From: Gordius albopunctatus
Lineage: Eukaryota
NCBI GenBank assembly: GCA_964276515.1
Contig: OZ193910.1
Location: 620,001 to 684,000 of the forward strand
Direction: 5' to 3'
Length of the DNA: 64,000 nucleotides
Shown: positions 42,475 to 55,890 of the stretch, piece by piece
Numbering within the stretch: position 1 is the first letter of the stretch
Layout: every line of letters starts with the position of its first letter
The notes under the pieces: generated by a model
Database searches by the model: none
Told to the model about the DNA's origin: nothing
Seen by the model: the letters and a program-made list of their open reading frames with translations, nothing else
Translations under genes and position numbers: made by a program

Positions 42475-43401
42475 ATCTTCTTTCTATTGCTGCTTGGCAC
42501 CTAGGCTGGTGGTCAGTCCTTTCAGCATTAGTTTCCATTCGCTTCTATGTTTACTACATAGATCTTTCTTTTTCTCGTAGACTTTCATATCATGCCGTAT
42601 TTCATGAATCCAGGGAGGTAAGCTTGGGTCTTGCTCTCCTTCGTTTTCCTGCGAAATTTATCATCTCGATTTTCTTAGCTATCGTCCCTTCTTTCGACAT
42701 GGCCATACCATCTTAGTCTATTTGTTAGGAGCTTTGTCGCGATTGATGTAGTACCCAGAATTCTTCTTATTTCTTCATTTCGCCCATGGTTCTTTTTGCT
42801 TACTCCTAGCACTAGAGTTGTTAAATTGCTAACTTTTTTCAACTCCAGCTATCATCTGCTCGAGTTTCTGCTCGGCCCTCGAGCATTTTTTTATGCTACT
42901 GCTCTGCCTACTGCACCAAACAGCGAGCACATATTGTGCTAACGCGCATATTAAGCAACTAAGTGTGCGTGCTCGCGTCTAGAGTTTGAAGAAAGTTAGC
43001 AATTTAACAACTCTACCTAGCAGCACCCATCTTAGCATTCTCGTCTCGATGGTGGCAAGACGTTGCTCGTTTCTTTTACGTATAGCCCATGATTCCGAGC
43101 TATACAGGACTGTTGGCTGTATGATGGATTTATACAGTGCGCCTTTTACTCTTCTCGGGGTGTTTTTGACCCTCTTGAGCCATCCGGAATGTATCCTTGC
43201 TTGGATTTCTTTATCCATTGATCCTAAATATTTGAAGGAATCCACGCTTGGAAGTTGCCAATCGCCAAAGTAAGAAGGGATGCACTTTGCTGCTTTTCAT
43301 CCGATTTAAACTTTGTCTTCGTGTTTTCTGTTTTCTTTCTATTTACCCTGAGACTACTTTCTTCTATCGCATTTACCCCTCTATTTACAGTATTCGCCAA
43401 T
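42475..43401 (-). mobile_element. 5'-truncated RTE-like LINE interrupted by a hAT MITE
   Basis: FKYLGS...ARIHSGW...LYSSESW...ETRMLRW. 15-bp TSD taatgcctaaagcac (42460-42474) / taatgcctaaatcac (43402-43416). Confidence 0.75.
42813..43015. mobile_element. hAT MITE (203 bp)
   Basis: Perfect TIR of at least 22 bp (tagagttgttaaattgctaact) and 8-bp TSD cctagcac / cctagcag. Removing it rejoins the LINE frame MLRWVLGVSK. Confidence 0.85.
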
Positions 43402-44484
43402 TAATGCCTAAATCACTAACTACTATAACTATGTCTTTTAGCTACTTTAATATTTTTAGGTTTTTTTTGCACTCAGTAATCAAGGATATAATATTTTTAT
43501 TTAGAATTTTAGATAATAATTTTATTAGGAGATTTAAAAAATGAATTTCCAAAAATATAATTTGATTAAAATTGATTTGATAAGAAATGTTGTGATGTCG
43601 CCTAGGGGAAAACTATATGGGTTGTATGAAAGGGAGAGTATACATCTGTCTAATCATTTTTGTGTTCTTAGTCACCTTCATTCTCCTATAAAATTCAAAA
43701 TTCCTCAAGCTACGTAATTTAGGTATTACTTACAATATAAATACTAATTTTATTACATTTTCTAATTTATTTTTATTTATTTTAATTAACAAATTTATAA
43801 TATTTCGATTGAATCGTAAAGAATTTTACATTTCTTTAACGATAAAATTAAATGGAAATAATAGTTAAAAATGGAGTTTATTTATAAATTTTACGCTAAA
43901 ACTTACAAATTTGTCAGATAATTTTCTTGAATTAAAACTTTTTGCTTAATTTAAGATCCAAGTCTAGTTAGAAAAAGTTTAGTTTGCCCTTAACATTTTC
44001 CATTCCAATAATTTATATTGATTGATTGATTTTGGCGAAGAAACTGTTAATAACACTCTAAAATCGATTAAGTAACTACACATTCAGTTTTGTTTTGATT
44101 ATTCATAGATTTTTTTGGCAATTCCTTTATGCTCAAGCTTGAAAAATATTTTGAAATTTATTTGTTTCACTTTTTAATAATAATTTTGATTAGAAATATT
44201 TACTCATTAATCTGTCTGACTCACTGACTTCGTATATGTTAGGTGTGTAAATAAAAAGATATGATGCAAGTCAAATAAAAGTTCTGGCAATGACTTATTA
44301 TAACCTAAGACATATAGACATTTTATTCGCAAAAAAATAAAATTTTTAGAAAACATTTAGAGAGGGTAATGTGCCCCCCCTCTTATTCCTGAATTCAAAA
44401 TAAATATTATTTATTTATTAAAATAAATTTGAATTGAATTTTAGCGCTTTATACGATTTGACCGCCTCCCTTATTTCATCACAA

Positions 44485-47400
44485 ATGAATCCAGAATACA
44501 ACTTGAAATCTTCGAAAGCGAAAGTGGGTATTCTAGGAGCTAAAGTTTGGCAAGGACAAGTATAATTTTAGATTTTAAATTTTAAATTTAAAATTGGTTT
44601 TTTTAATTTTTTCTCGAATTTAATTTAATTTAATTCTCTTTTTCTGTTATTAAGGTAATGAGTAATTGTAATTGACCATAAACAATTTAAGAGGCAATTA
44701 TGTGATACTCATTAAAAACTTCAAAGAAAGCGCCGATTTTTTTGCCTATTGCCACTTTCATTTGCCATGCGTTGCGAAATTGCATATAATTTTCCCTGAG
44801 GATGATGTTATATAAATTAATATAACTGCATTTAAAAAGCATTTTCACAAGCAACAAACAGAAATTAGAAACTAAACTTTAAGAAAAATTTTGCATTAAT
44901 TACGAAATTAAATTTATTTTTGAAAAGAAAAAACAAGGGGTCGAATTGGGACCCGAAAAGCTACGTGAAAGCGGATTGGTCGATAGACTCAAAGGATTAG
45001 GGATTGACGTGAAAGATTATGGTGACGTCACGGGTACTTGTATTCCAGGAGACACGGCTGGAAAAGTTAATAACCCAAAAGCCGTCTCGAAATATTGCAA
45101 AGAGGTTTACACTAATCATTCCATATCCATAGTATAGATAGATGAATAGATTGCTCAATTAGATGAATGCCCCAAGTTTTGGCAGCCATCTTGAAAACTT
45201 AATTAATGGTTAGGCTTATCACATAAGAGTAGGCTATGCCCTATATACATGGGAGTAGCCAGGGGGGAAGGCATGGAGGGGCGTTCCCCTCCTATAAACC
45301 CAAAATTTTGTCGAAATTTATTAAAATTTGGAAAAAGGATTATTTTGCCCTCCCTCTAATTCCAACGCTAGCCACGCCCCTGTTTGTATATCTATTATGT
45401 AGATCAGGGGTCCCCAACCTGTTTGTTCTCGAGGGCGCAATACTAAATAATCACCGAGGACGCATATTTTACAGATAATCAACAGGTAGTATAAATAGGC
45501 ATTAAAAACAACACATTTTTTGCAAATTTATTTTGTTGGTGTGATACATATATTAATTCGGTTTACGTCTCCTCCATATTTTAATTTCTTATGATTGGGG
45601 ATATATTTAGAGTTGCCGCTCCTTAAACAATTATCTACTAAATGTGAGTCAGTAAGCTTTGTTCCGTATTTTGATTTCCAATATTTCATATTTGACAACA
45701 AAGACTCGCAATTGTATGTTGTTGCGCAATATGAATCAATTTTTAGCGCACATTTCCTTTAAATAGGATACTTATTTCCATCGACTAAGTTCCAAAACGT
45801 TTCATCATTACCATGCCCTTTTAAAATAATATCACTTTGCAAGTTTATTATTCCTAATTTTAGGTCTTCCATATTATGAAGCTCGAAATACAGTGAAACT
45901 ATTTCAAGAAGGACATCATCTTCAGTAAGATTGAATGGATTTATGAAACTCATCTTAGAACGGGTTGCTGCAAAATCTTCAAATCTAGAAGAAAACTCTT
46001 CTATTAGCTTATCTATAATTTCTAAATATGATGATGTAGCAGTACAATTTTCATTTTTCAAATTTAAACTCTCAACAGCATATTTTATATTTGGTGTATT
46101 TTTAAATTTAATTCATTCAACTTTGCCTAATCGTGTCAGCGATATGCTGATTCTTCCCTTGTATTTTTAAATTTAATTCATTCAACTTTGCCGTTATATC
46201 TGTCAGAAATCCGAGGTCGATTAGCCAATCCTTGTTTTCTAATTGCTCCTAAAATCCGCCTCTTGATGCAATGAATTCCTTTATTTGTCGCAAAAGCATG
46301 ATAAACCGCTCAAGTATTTTACCTCTGATCAGCCACCTCACTTCAGTATGTAAAAGAAGATCTGTGAACTGATCTTCTAAAAGTAATTTAAACAATCTGT
46401 CTTGCATAGCTCCCGATCTTATGGAATTAATAATTTTCTTTACTATCGTAAATACGTGTTGAAAACCGATTGTTCTTGCGGCGTACAACATTTCCTGATG
46501 TATGAGGCAATGATAAGAAATAAATTTCGGGAATAAGGAATCCTGTCTACATAAGGTAATAAATCCTTTTTTCTTACCAGTCATCGCTGGTGCCGTCCTG
46601 TCTGTTGTAATTGACGATAACTTTTGTACGGGTAATTTTACATCTGTTATATACTTTTTAAAAGTAGAAAAGATATCTTCTCCTCTGGCGCTTCCCTTTA
46701 ATGGCAGAACTTTAAGGAATTCTTCTTTTGTCGTAAAATCAGAAAATACGATCTTCACGCTAATTGCTAATTGTGATATATTTGTCACGCCTGTCGATTC
46801 ATCCATCTGTAGCGAAAAGAAAATACAATTTTCCATATCATTTCCTAATTTTGCCTCAGAATTCTCCGCAATTACTTCGATTCTTCTAGTAACAGTTCGT
46901 GCTGAAGCTGATAATTGCAACGTGTTTATAGCTGAAATCATTTCCTTTTTATTTTTAAATTCTTCAAAAAGTGAATCAGCAGCTTCTAACATGGCTTCTT
47001 TCACTAATTTTCCATCTGTTAATGGTTTTTTATTCTTAGCTAGCAAATGCGATATTTTATATGACGCGATCGTTGCTGCTTTATGTTGTTGCAGTGGTTT
47101 AGTAAAAAACCTTTGCTGGTTAGTTCTTGAAGATTTTAAAGAAATAATTTTTCTTCTTCTAATTTCAGAGTTCATTGGATAGTCATTATCAAAATTTGTA
47201 TGAACGGTCTTAAAATGTCGTTCAATATTACTTTTCTTGGGAATCGCAACACTATTACACAACAAATACACTTCCCTTTGCAATCAACGAAACAATATAG
47301 ATGTTACCATTCATCGTTAAAATAATATGTTCTTTTTCTTTTACATTTATCCATGAAGGGTTTTGAAAGAAAAGAATTATTTGGGATTACTTGGTATTAG

Positions 47401-50285
47401 TTTTAAATGCACGGTCTACGCGTGGTCTATTCGAAATACGATCACACACTAACAAAAAATACGTGCGTGTTATTTGATACGCTCATCATATGTCATACAT
47501 TTACATTAGTCCAGCGAGGGCACATTAAAAATCGATCGGGACGTTGGCAAACTACATTGTAGATCATTTAGAGTTTTAAAAAAATTTTATATACAAAATT
47601 AACTTTTATAGCGTCATACAATTGAACTTATTTCCTTAAATATATTCTGCTCGATTTATATGGTTAGAAGAATTTTTAAAATTACCATAATGATTAAATA
47701 AAACGGGTTGTATGTTACATTTTATAAGAATATATTGACTAATACAATCCATCGCTATACAAAAATTACTTTTAAAATGGCGGTCGATTTTAACAACACT
47801 CTAGATTCGATATAATAGATGAGCAGAGTTAATGATTCATTCATTCATACATACAGATCGCCGATCGAGTTGAACAAATAGATCGAGAGGGACGCATCTG
47901 TTTAACTTTGGGTGGTGATCACAGCCTAGCCGCTGGTAGTTTACACGGGCACGTAGCCGTGCATCCGGGTGTGAGGGTTGTTTGGATAGATGCTCACACT
48001 GATTTACACTTGCCATACACAACCTCTTCGGGCAGTCTTCATGGCTGTCCAATGGGACTTATGGTTAAAGAAATCAATACTCCAGGACAAAATACTCTAC
48101 CCGATTGGGAATGGCACACTAATAGGTATTTACTTCACAACATAGTTTTCTATTAATGAACATCAACCCAAAACTTACACCATAGGTACATAATGGCATC
48201 GACTTTATTACATGATCTTATTTAAATATCTAATTAAAAATTTTATCACAATATATAGCTGCTGCTGAACCGTTTACTTTTTTATCCTTTTAGAAGAATT
48301 AATAAATAATCAATAGCAAAACTTTATTATTATCTTGCCCTATCCTGTTTACGGGTGGGAGGTGCGTGTCCAGAACCAGTTGTAAGCTCTAGAATATTTT
48401 AAGAAACAACTCCATCTTTTAGCATTTTATAGCGGCATATATTATCACTTAATATAATGACACATTTACTCGACTTTAAAAGTTATAGCTTTAGTAATTA
48501 TACAACAATAAACGTTGTTATATATTCATTTGTTTTAAAGTTATAAACTAAAATATGACTTGATTGCACAACACAGAAAATTGTCTTTTATGTAGTCACC
48601 CTTATTTATTTTTCACGAATTAACAAAATCATCTTTCTTATATTAAAATAATAAGATTTCGCAGATGGAATGATAGTGGGAACTAACACTAATAAAAAAT
48701 ACCTTAGCATAATAAGATACAAATCAAGTTTACTATATCTAAGCAAAACACATTTAATGCGATTTGCAGTAGTATGTGGAGGGAAATTATTAGATGAGAG
48801 CTGATTTAATGTGTAGCAAAAGTAAGTGAACAAAGATGTTTAAAAATGTATACAAAAATTCAAATTTTCCCGTTAACCATATTTAATGATTAAATGTAAA
48901 TCATAATTTATGTATTTTTAGAATACCAGCGCGACATTTGGTTTACATAGGTCTGAGGGATGTTGATGCCCCTGAAATGTAGGTTGACTTAATTAAAATT
49001 AAGTATTGTAATTTATATTTCAACAAATGTAATTTAACAAATTGACTATTATAGGTACTTCCTGAAAAAATTAGGCATTCGCCATTTTTCAACGAAGGAC
49101 ATAGATCAACATGGTATAGAAGGGGTCGCCCGAATGGCAATCCAACATATCAATCCCAAGTATCACATATAATTGACTACCAATAATTGAGTCTTGCGGT
49201 TTTGATCCTTCTAGATAATCTTAACTTTTTTACCAGGGTTTAATTTGAGAATAGAATGTAAAGTTTATATCGTGTGTTCAAATAATCTCATAATTTGAAA
49301 CCAATTATATTAAATGAGAATGTATATAAATTGTTGCATATCTTATAGCCTAGATAAACCGATCGTTATACAATATGACATCGATTCGTTAGATCCCAAG
49401 GATGCCCCCTCGACTGGAACCCCCGTAGATGGGGGTATGACACTCAGGGAAGGTCTCGTACTGATGGAAGCTCTTTGTCGAACTAGTATACTCATTAAAA
49501 TTTGTCCATTCCATTGCTAAAGGTCTCATTATTGCTTAGTCTGCAAAGATCTATTTTCATAGACTAGTTATGTTATAGAATATACTGACCACATGATTTT
49601 GGCCATAAAATTTAATTAGTTAGCTCGGCCGCCATTTTTTATGGATTTTTTCGATATATGCACTAGTACAGTGAGAAATCGCATAATTTATGGAAGAACG
49701 AATAACGTAAGTAAGTTTTGACATTAAATCAACAAATTGAAAAGCGTTTAGTCTGTTAATATAATATGACTTAAGCATGGTGGCCTAAACCCATACTTAA
49801 TAATTATCAGCTGTTTGCCAGTATTAGTGTGGTAAGAACGGCTGATTTCATTATGTCGACCTTTGGTTGTAGTCGAGTAAACATAAACAAACCAAAGGTC
49901 GATCTCCATATGTTTTAAGTGGTTATTCACTTTAAAGTAGATAACGAATAAGTCTAAGGATTTAGACACAGTCCATTAATGTGATTAAAATGACTTGATC
50001 TATGTACCCAAAACGATATGGACCGTATAAAATGATTTAGCTAATTGATACATTTACACTTTTACAATCGCAGGGTGTATAATCGGGATTGATATGGTTG
50101 AGGTGAACGTGAAATTAGGGAATGAACAAGACGAAAAGAAAACTCTTTGGGCCGCCACAAAAATCATAATGGCGGGACTAGGGGAAGTTCGACATGGTAC
50201 ACTACCACTTGATTTCAAAGTGAATCCTTTGCCGGCCAAGGGTAAATTCGAGAACGGGGCATGCAATGGAGTAAATGGCGTGTGA
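44485..50285 (+). CDS. ARG: Arginase (ureohydrolase family)
   Basis: Exons 44485-44559, 44928-45104, 47857-48125, 48922-48978, 49055-49159, 49349-49485, 50074-50285. Motifs GQ.K.GVELGP, LGGDHS, WIDAHTD, SGSLHG, YIGLRDVD, DIDSLDP..APSTGTPV.GG, DMVEVN. The frame is open upstream to an acceptor at 44444, so the start codon is tentative. Confidence 0.93.
45405..47556 (-). mobile_element. Charlie/SPIN-like (GTF2IRD2/EPM2AIP1-type) hAT transposon with decayed transposase, inside arginase intron 2
   Basis: TIR caggggtccccaac at 45405, degenerate other end gttggcaaactaca, 8-bp flanks atgtagat / ttgtagat. Transposase from ATG 47354 with FSLQMDEST, TTD..PAM, HCLIHQE, EVRWL and TTYNCES; several stops and frameshifts. 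Confidence 0.85.
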
Positions 50286-50877
50286 AAAAACCAATCGGAC
50301 CGCGCCAACTTTATTCGAGAGACCAAACCTATCGTGTCGCCCATGAATTATACCTTATATAATTTATTTAATTTACGGCTAGCGACATCTATATTATTAA
50401 TTTAAATATAATCAACGTTTACTAATTCACTCACACACACACAATAACTTGGTTCATCGTGTTTAGATAGTGGAGATATTTAATTAGATGCAAACATTCA
50501 TCAATTATGATTTAAAACTATGTTACCTTTACACAATTGTTTTCAATGTTGAAAGTATCACTTAGTTATTTTAATAGAATATGTTTAAACGCGAAATTAA
50601 GACCAAATGAAATTCAAATTTTCATTTGAGCGTTTTAATAAAAAATGGACCTCAAACTCAACATTGCCTATCTTTTCGGCTTAATTTAGTGGCTCATGTG
50701 AGGTGGTCGGTCGTAATTAACTTTAGCCAAAATGCATTTAAATAATATTTTGCTACCATTGTCCATGACTTCAATAGAATTAGGAAAAAACAAAGATACG
50801 GCGCAAATATCGCGAATAGTATATAAATATATATTAATTCGCGCTCACATTTTTTCCGAAAATTTATTACTCAAAAA

Positions 50878-50909
<32 letters not shown>

Positions 50910-51260
50910 CCTGCGTAGGGGGCTGAAACTAGGTTGGTATACCCTGAGGTTATATATATGTGGTGGGGGGGGGGGTAACACATGCGTAAGGGGGTGAGGG
51001 AACCGACACTTTTTTATTCGTATAACTTACAATTATATGCAGTCTATCAGCTAAGGGTCATTTAAAGTTAGTAACAAGCCTCAAAAATGACCCTTTTTTA
51101 AATTCTTCTATTTTTTCTGTATAATCATTTTATCGTAAATGCATGCTTTTTCTATTTTTTAAACCTTCTTTTAATAAAAAACACTTGCTTGTATGGTATT
51201 CTTGACACAAAAATAGCATGCTAATTTTCATAAATAGATTCTTTGTTTAGTAAATTGCAT

Positions 51261-54200
51261 CTTCTTCTTCTTTATCGGTTATTTGGTCCCACATTGGTGG
51301 GGTTTGTTTGAGTCTCTTCCATCTTGACCGGGTTAGTGCCATGTCTTGACTAATATCTTTAGTTTCCATAACTTTATCGACTTGCCTTTTACACGTGACA
51401 CGGGGTCGTCCTCTTTCTCTCTTCCCCGGTATTTTCATGTCTAGCACTTTTCGATTTACGTCATCCGGGTCCCTTCTTAGTATATGCCCATACCACCTCA
51501 GCCGATTTTCGTTAATCATGTCCGCCATAGGTTGAATACCCATTTTTGTCATGAGAAAGTCATTCGTCATATGGTCGAGCTTAGTATACCCCAAGCTCCA
51601 CGTCCACCGTATCATTCTCATCTCCGTGGCTTGTAATAGCTTTCCTTCCGTGGTGTTTAATGCCCATGTTTCACTTCCATAGAGTAACACCGGTCTTACG
51701 AAGGATTTGTAAGCTTTGCTCTTCAACCATATTGGCATTTTCTTGTCGCACATTACACCGGATATACTTCGCCATTTAAGCCATCCTTTTTGAATCCGGG
51801 CATTGATCTTGATGTAGCATAGAGCTGAGGTAAGTAAACCTGTCTACTTTTGGGTACTTTAGATGGTCATTCAGCGATGGGGTGCCTATACCGTTCATTT
51901 CCATGTATACCGTTTTTTCGATCGTTGACCTTTAAACCATATCCAGCTAAGCGTTTTGACCACTTTTCTGCTTCTTCGAATACCTTCTCTCTTGTTTCCT
52001 CGCATAGTACTATATCATCGGCATATAGCATACACCATGGCGATGGCTTTTGAAAGTCCCTCGTTATCGTGTCTATAATTATATTAAATAAAAAAGGACT
52101 TAAAGCAGAGCATTGATGTAATCCAATATTAACCCGAAAAGGTTTAGAGTCTCCAACTGTCGTCCTAACGCAAGAGTTTGAGGCTTCATAGATATTTTTT
52201 ATAAGCCGTATATATGCGTCAGGGATATTCTGTTCCCTCAGGCACCACCATATTAAATCGCGGGGGACCGTGTCATAAGCTTTCTCCAAGTCGATAAAAA
52301 CCATATGTAGGTCTTTCCTCCTTTCACCATACTTATCCATCATTTGTCTTAGGGCGAAGATTGGGTCGATTGTGGATTTGCCGGTAGCCGATATTTCCAC
52401 CTCGTTTTTCAGCCTTGTTACTAAGATTCTTTCCATAAGCTTCAAGGAGTGGCAAGTTAGCTTGATACCTCTGTAATTTCCGCAGTCCTGAGGGTCTCCT
52501 TTGCCTTTGAATAAGGGTATAATCGTGCTTGCTCTCCATTGATTAGGGATTCGCTCTTCTACCAATATCTTGTTAAGGAGGTTCGTCATGGTGGTGACTC
52601 CTTCCTCACGACATCCGAGCAATGCTTCCATAGGTATTCCATCTGGACCATTTTTCCTTTTTGCATCTTGTTCATTTGTGTCCTAACAGCATCCTCCTGA
52701 AAGAGTTCGACCATATTTATATTTGGCTTAATTTCGGGAAGGGAATCCTTGTCGTTTTCAATATTCATAAGTTTCTTAAAATATCCTTTCCACCTTTCCA
52801 TCACTTCTTTCGGCTTAAAGACGCTTCTCGCTTTTGACTATTTTAATAACTCCGACATTGCGACTTTTCTTCTCCCTTATCTTGGCCAATTTGTACATAA
52901 GCCTATCGCCCCCTTTATGATCCAGTTTGTTTGCCATCTCGGTGTACGTAGCATTCTTCGCTTTTGCAAAGGCCTTTTTTGAGGCCCTCTTTGAGTCCCT
53001 GTACTCTTGATAATCCTCCGAATTTTTTGATTTATGCCACCATCTATATAGATTTTTTTTATTTCGATGAAATCTTTAACCGATTGATCCCACCACCATA
53101 GTTCCCTATTCATAGCTTTGCCTCCTTTGGTCTGTCCTAGAGTCTTTCGAGCTCAACACCTCTTCGAGCTAGTTTATTAGTTAGGATAAAGTATAATTAC
53201 TTTATTGTATAATATAAATTAAATCGTTGGAAGAAAAGAAAGTGAGTAAAAAGAGTTTTAAACTCCTTTTATATACTCGTGAATTAATTGAATAAATCAA
53301 TCAAGTTTAGTGGTGTCTATAAATAAATCAATTACGCGAGGTATAAATAAATCAATTTAGTGGTGTCTCCGCCAGGTATGCTTGATTGGTCAATTAACGT
53401 CGTGAAGTAGTAAGGTAATGTAAATGAGACAATTAAGTTAATTGACGCAACACCTCCGCGAGGTATAGGACGCAACACCACAAGTCTACGTCTCTTTGCA
53501 ACTTCCTTGCACCCAAGAGTGAGGAGGCTTTTTGATGGTATTCTTCGTTCGTCGACGTATCCTTTAGCCTTTCGTATCGAATTCGAGGTTCATATACCTT
53601 TCTTCTTTCGGGAAATACTCTTCTGTCAAGATCCATAACAAGGGGACGATGTTGCCTGGCGATTTCTTCGCCCGGTATCACTTTGCAATCCTTGATACTC
53701 CATAAGTCCTTTTGCCGTATAAGCAAATAGGCAATTTGACTAAAATGCTCCCCACTTCTATAGGTCACAATATGATCTTCGCGCTTTTGAAAATAGGTGT
53801 TAACGATCGCCATGTCATATGCTTGGGATACTTGGAGAAGTTTTTCTCCTTCTTTGTTCTTCAGACCATGCCCATAGCCTCCATGATTGCGTTCATACCC
53901 GAGGCGATCTTTCCCAACGTGGGCGTTGAAATCGGCCCCAATAATTAGCCTTTCTTCCTGTCGGATTCCTTGTATTTACTTTTCCAATGATTCGAAGAAT
54001 ATGTCTTTCTCTGATTCCGAACACCCAATTTGGGGAGCATACGCGCACATAACGGTTAGGAGGCCCCCTTGATCCGCAATCTTCACCCACATTAGCCTGT
54101 TGGAACAACGCTTGACTTCCACCACCTTGTCCTTGAACGATTCGCTTAGAACGATACCGACCCGGTTTCTACGATTTGGTGACCCACTGTAGAAAAGCTT

Positions 54201-54592
54201 GTATCCTTCTCCTAATTCCCGAGCTTTCGTTCCGTTCCACCTTGTCTCTTGTAGGCAGGCAATGTGTACCTTTCTTCTTTTTAACATCTGTGCGACCTCG
54301 ATGCTCTTCCCCGTCAACGTTCCCACATTCCAGCACGTAATTCGCATTCTTTCCACAACTAGTTTCCTTAACCGCCTTAGTTGTGAGTTAGGCAGTAACC
54401 CTAGTGTATTTTTCACATTGCACGGGCGGGGTATGCAGTACGCGTCGTTTGTGGAGGACGCCCTAGCCTTTTCTTGTAAAATCTCGTTTGAAACTATCAT
54501 AAATTTTGGAGTTGATTTTTATAGCCGGTTTCCGACCTGACGCCAACCCTCCACTTTTTGCACACGGACTTGGGACCGTCGTAGATAGTGTA
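51261..54592 (-). mobile_element. Near full-length RTE-like LINE (AP endonuclease + reverse transcriptase), frameshifted
   Basis: WNVGTL, CLQETRW, AYAPQIG, NYRGIKL, FIDLEKAYD, LYADD, RLRWYGH; (GAA)n 3' tail; perfect 15-bp TSD tttagtaaattgcat (51246-51260 and 54593-54607). Confidence 0.92.
53155..53477 (-). mobile_element. Solo-LTR-like insertion inside the RTE LINE
   Basis: Non-LINE AT-rich insert beginning TGTTGCG on the minus strand, with TATATAAAAGG followed by two AATAAA. The terminal CA and a TSD are not seen. Confidence 0.5.
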
Positions 54593-54862
54593 TTTAGTAA
54601 ATTGCATATAATTATTAAACTACAAATTAAAATTAAATGAATTTTTACACAAGCCTAAGGGTTTAATAAACTTATATTCAAATTAAGTAGCTTTGCTTTA
54701 TTTTTGTAAAAATTATTATAATTTAAAAAATGGGGTTCAATATAACCGACAAATTTCCACAAGTACTCTTGAGGGTTAAATCTGAAGTTATATTAAAAAA
54801 GGCCTTGATATATATAGATAATGAGCAAAGAACCTTTTTTATTGCTAAAAATATATATTCTA

Positions 54863-55783
54863 CTAGCTGTGCCCGGCCAAGCGTTGCTTTGGCTCAGTCC
54901 TTAAGTGGTTAAATAAGTATAACCTAAGTTATAAGAATTGTTGTCAGTAAAGCTCTAAAAACACAAACGTAATTTTCAAATTTGCATTAGAGTTACCTCT
55001 TGTTTCACAGGGATATAAGAATTGCTAAGGATTGTTCGATTTGAAAATTACGTTTGTGTTTTTAGAGCTTTACTGATAACAATTCTTATAATCTAAATTT
55101 TTATCCCTGTGAAGATTGGTTATAATCATCAAATAACATTCTCAAATTTCTTATATCCCTGTGAAACAAGAGGTAACTCTAATGCAAATTTGAAAGTTAC
55201 GTTTGTGTTTTTAGAGCTTTATTGACAACAATCCTTATCAATTCTTATAACTTGAATTTTTATCCCTGTGAAGATTGGTTATAATCATTAAATAAAATTC
55301 TCAAATTTTTTACTATAATAGGTAATAAAAATTTAAATTCATATTTATAATTGTTTTTAGAGTTTCACTGCCAACAATCCTTAGCAATTCTTATATCCCC
55401 GTGAAACAAGAGTATAAAATTTTTGATGTTTTACGGTTTTTAATTATTTAGTTGTAACAGATATATATAATGTAAAAAATAACCCAAAGGTGAATGAAAA
55501 TAGTGTAATATGTGACAAAAGATTAGTAGAAAAACATTTAAACTATGAGCACAACTCTAACATAAAATAATAATCGAGATAAGCGTTGTAGCTGACGTCC
55601 GCTAGATGGCGCCAACCAAATTAAAAAACATAGTTCCCGCTGTCGTAGTGTGATAAAAAGTGTTTACATACCATCTACAATGCTAAGGCAATAATCTGGC
55701 CAAATTTGGCGGCAATCGGTTGAGAACTTAAAAGTTATTAGCGCACAAAAAAACGGTACTTCGATTTTTATATATATAGGGGA
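54863..55783 (-). mobile_element. Non-autonomous Helitron, same family as 9042-10512, with internal direct and inverted repeats
   Basis: A|TC start at 55783, hairpin plus CTAG|T end at 54863. Internal repeats at 54930-55410. Confidence 0.8.
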
Positions 55784-55890
55784 TGCAAGCTTTAAAATAA
55801 ATACACATAACATCCCACATGCATATAAATTGTATAAATACTAATCGGCATTTGTATAAAACCATTACAATATAATAAATATAATTCAGA

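Noticed and set aside
44485..50285. Arginase as a recent bacterial horizontal transfer
   Set aside because: It has six spliceosomal introns and animal-type motifs; nothing in the sequence supports recent transfer.
50878..50902. (TA)n microsatellite; also (GATCC)n at 5760-5785
   Set aside because: Ordinary simple repeats; the second is part of a MITE-like subterminal region.
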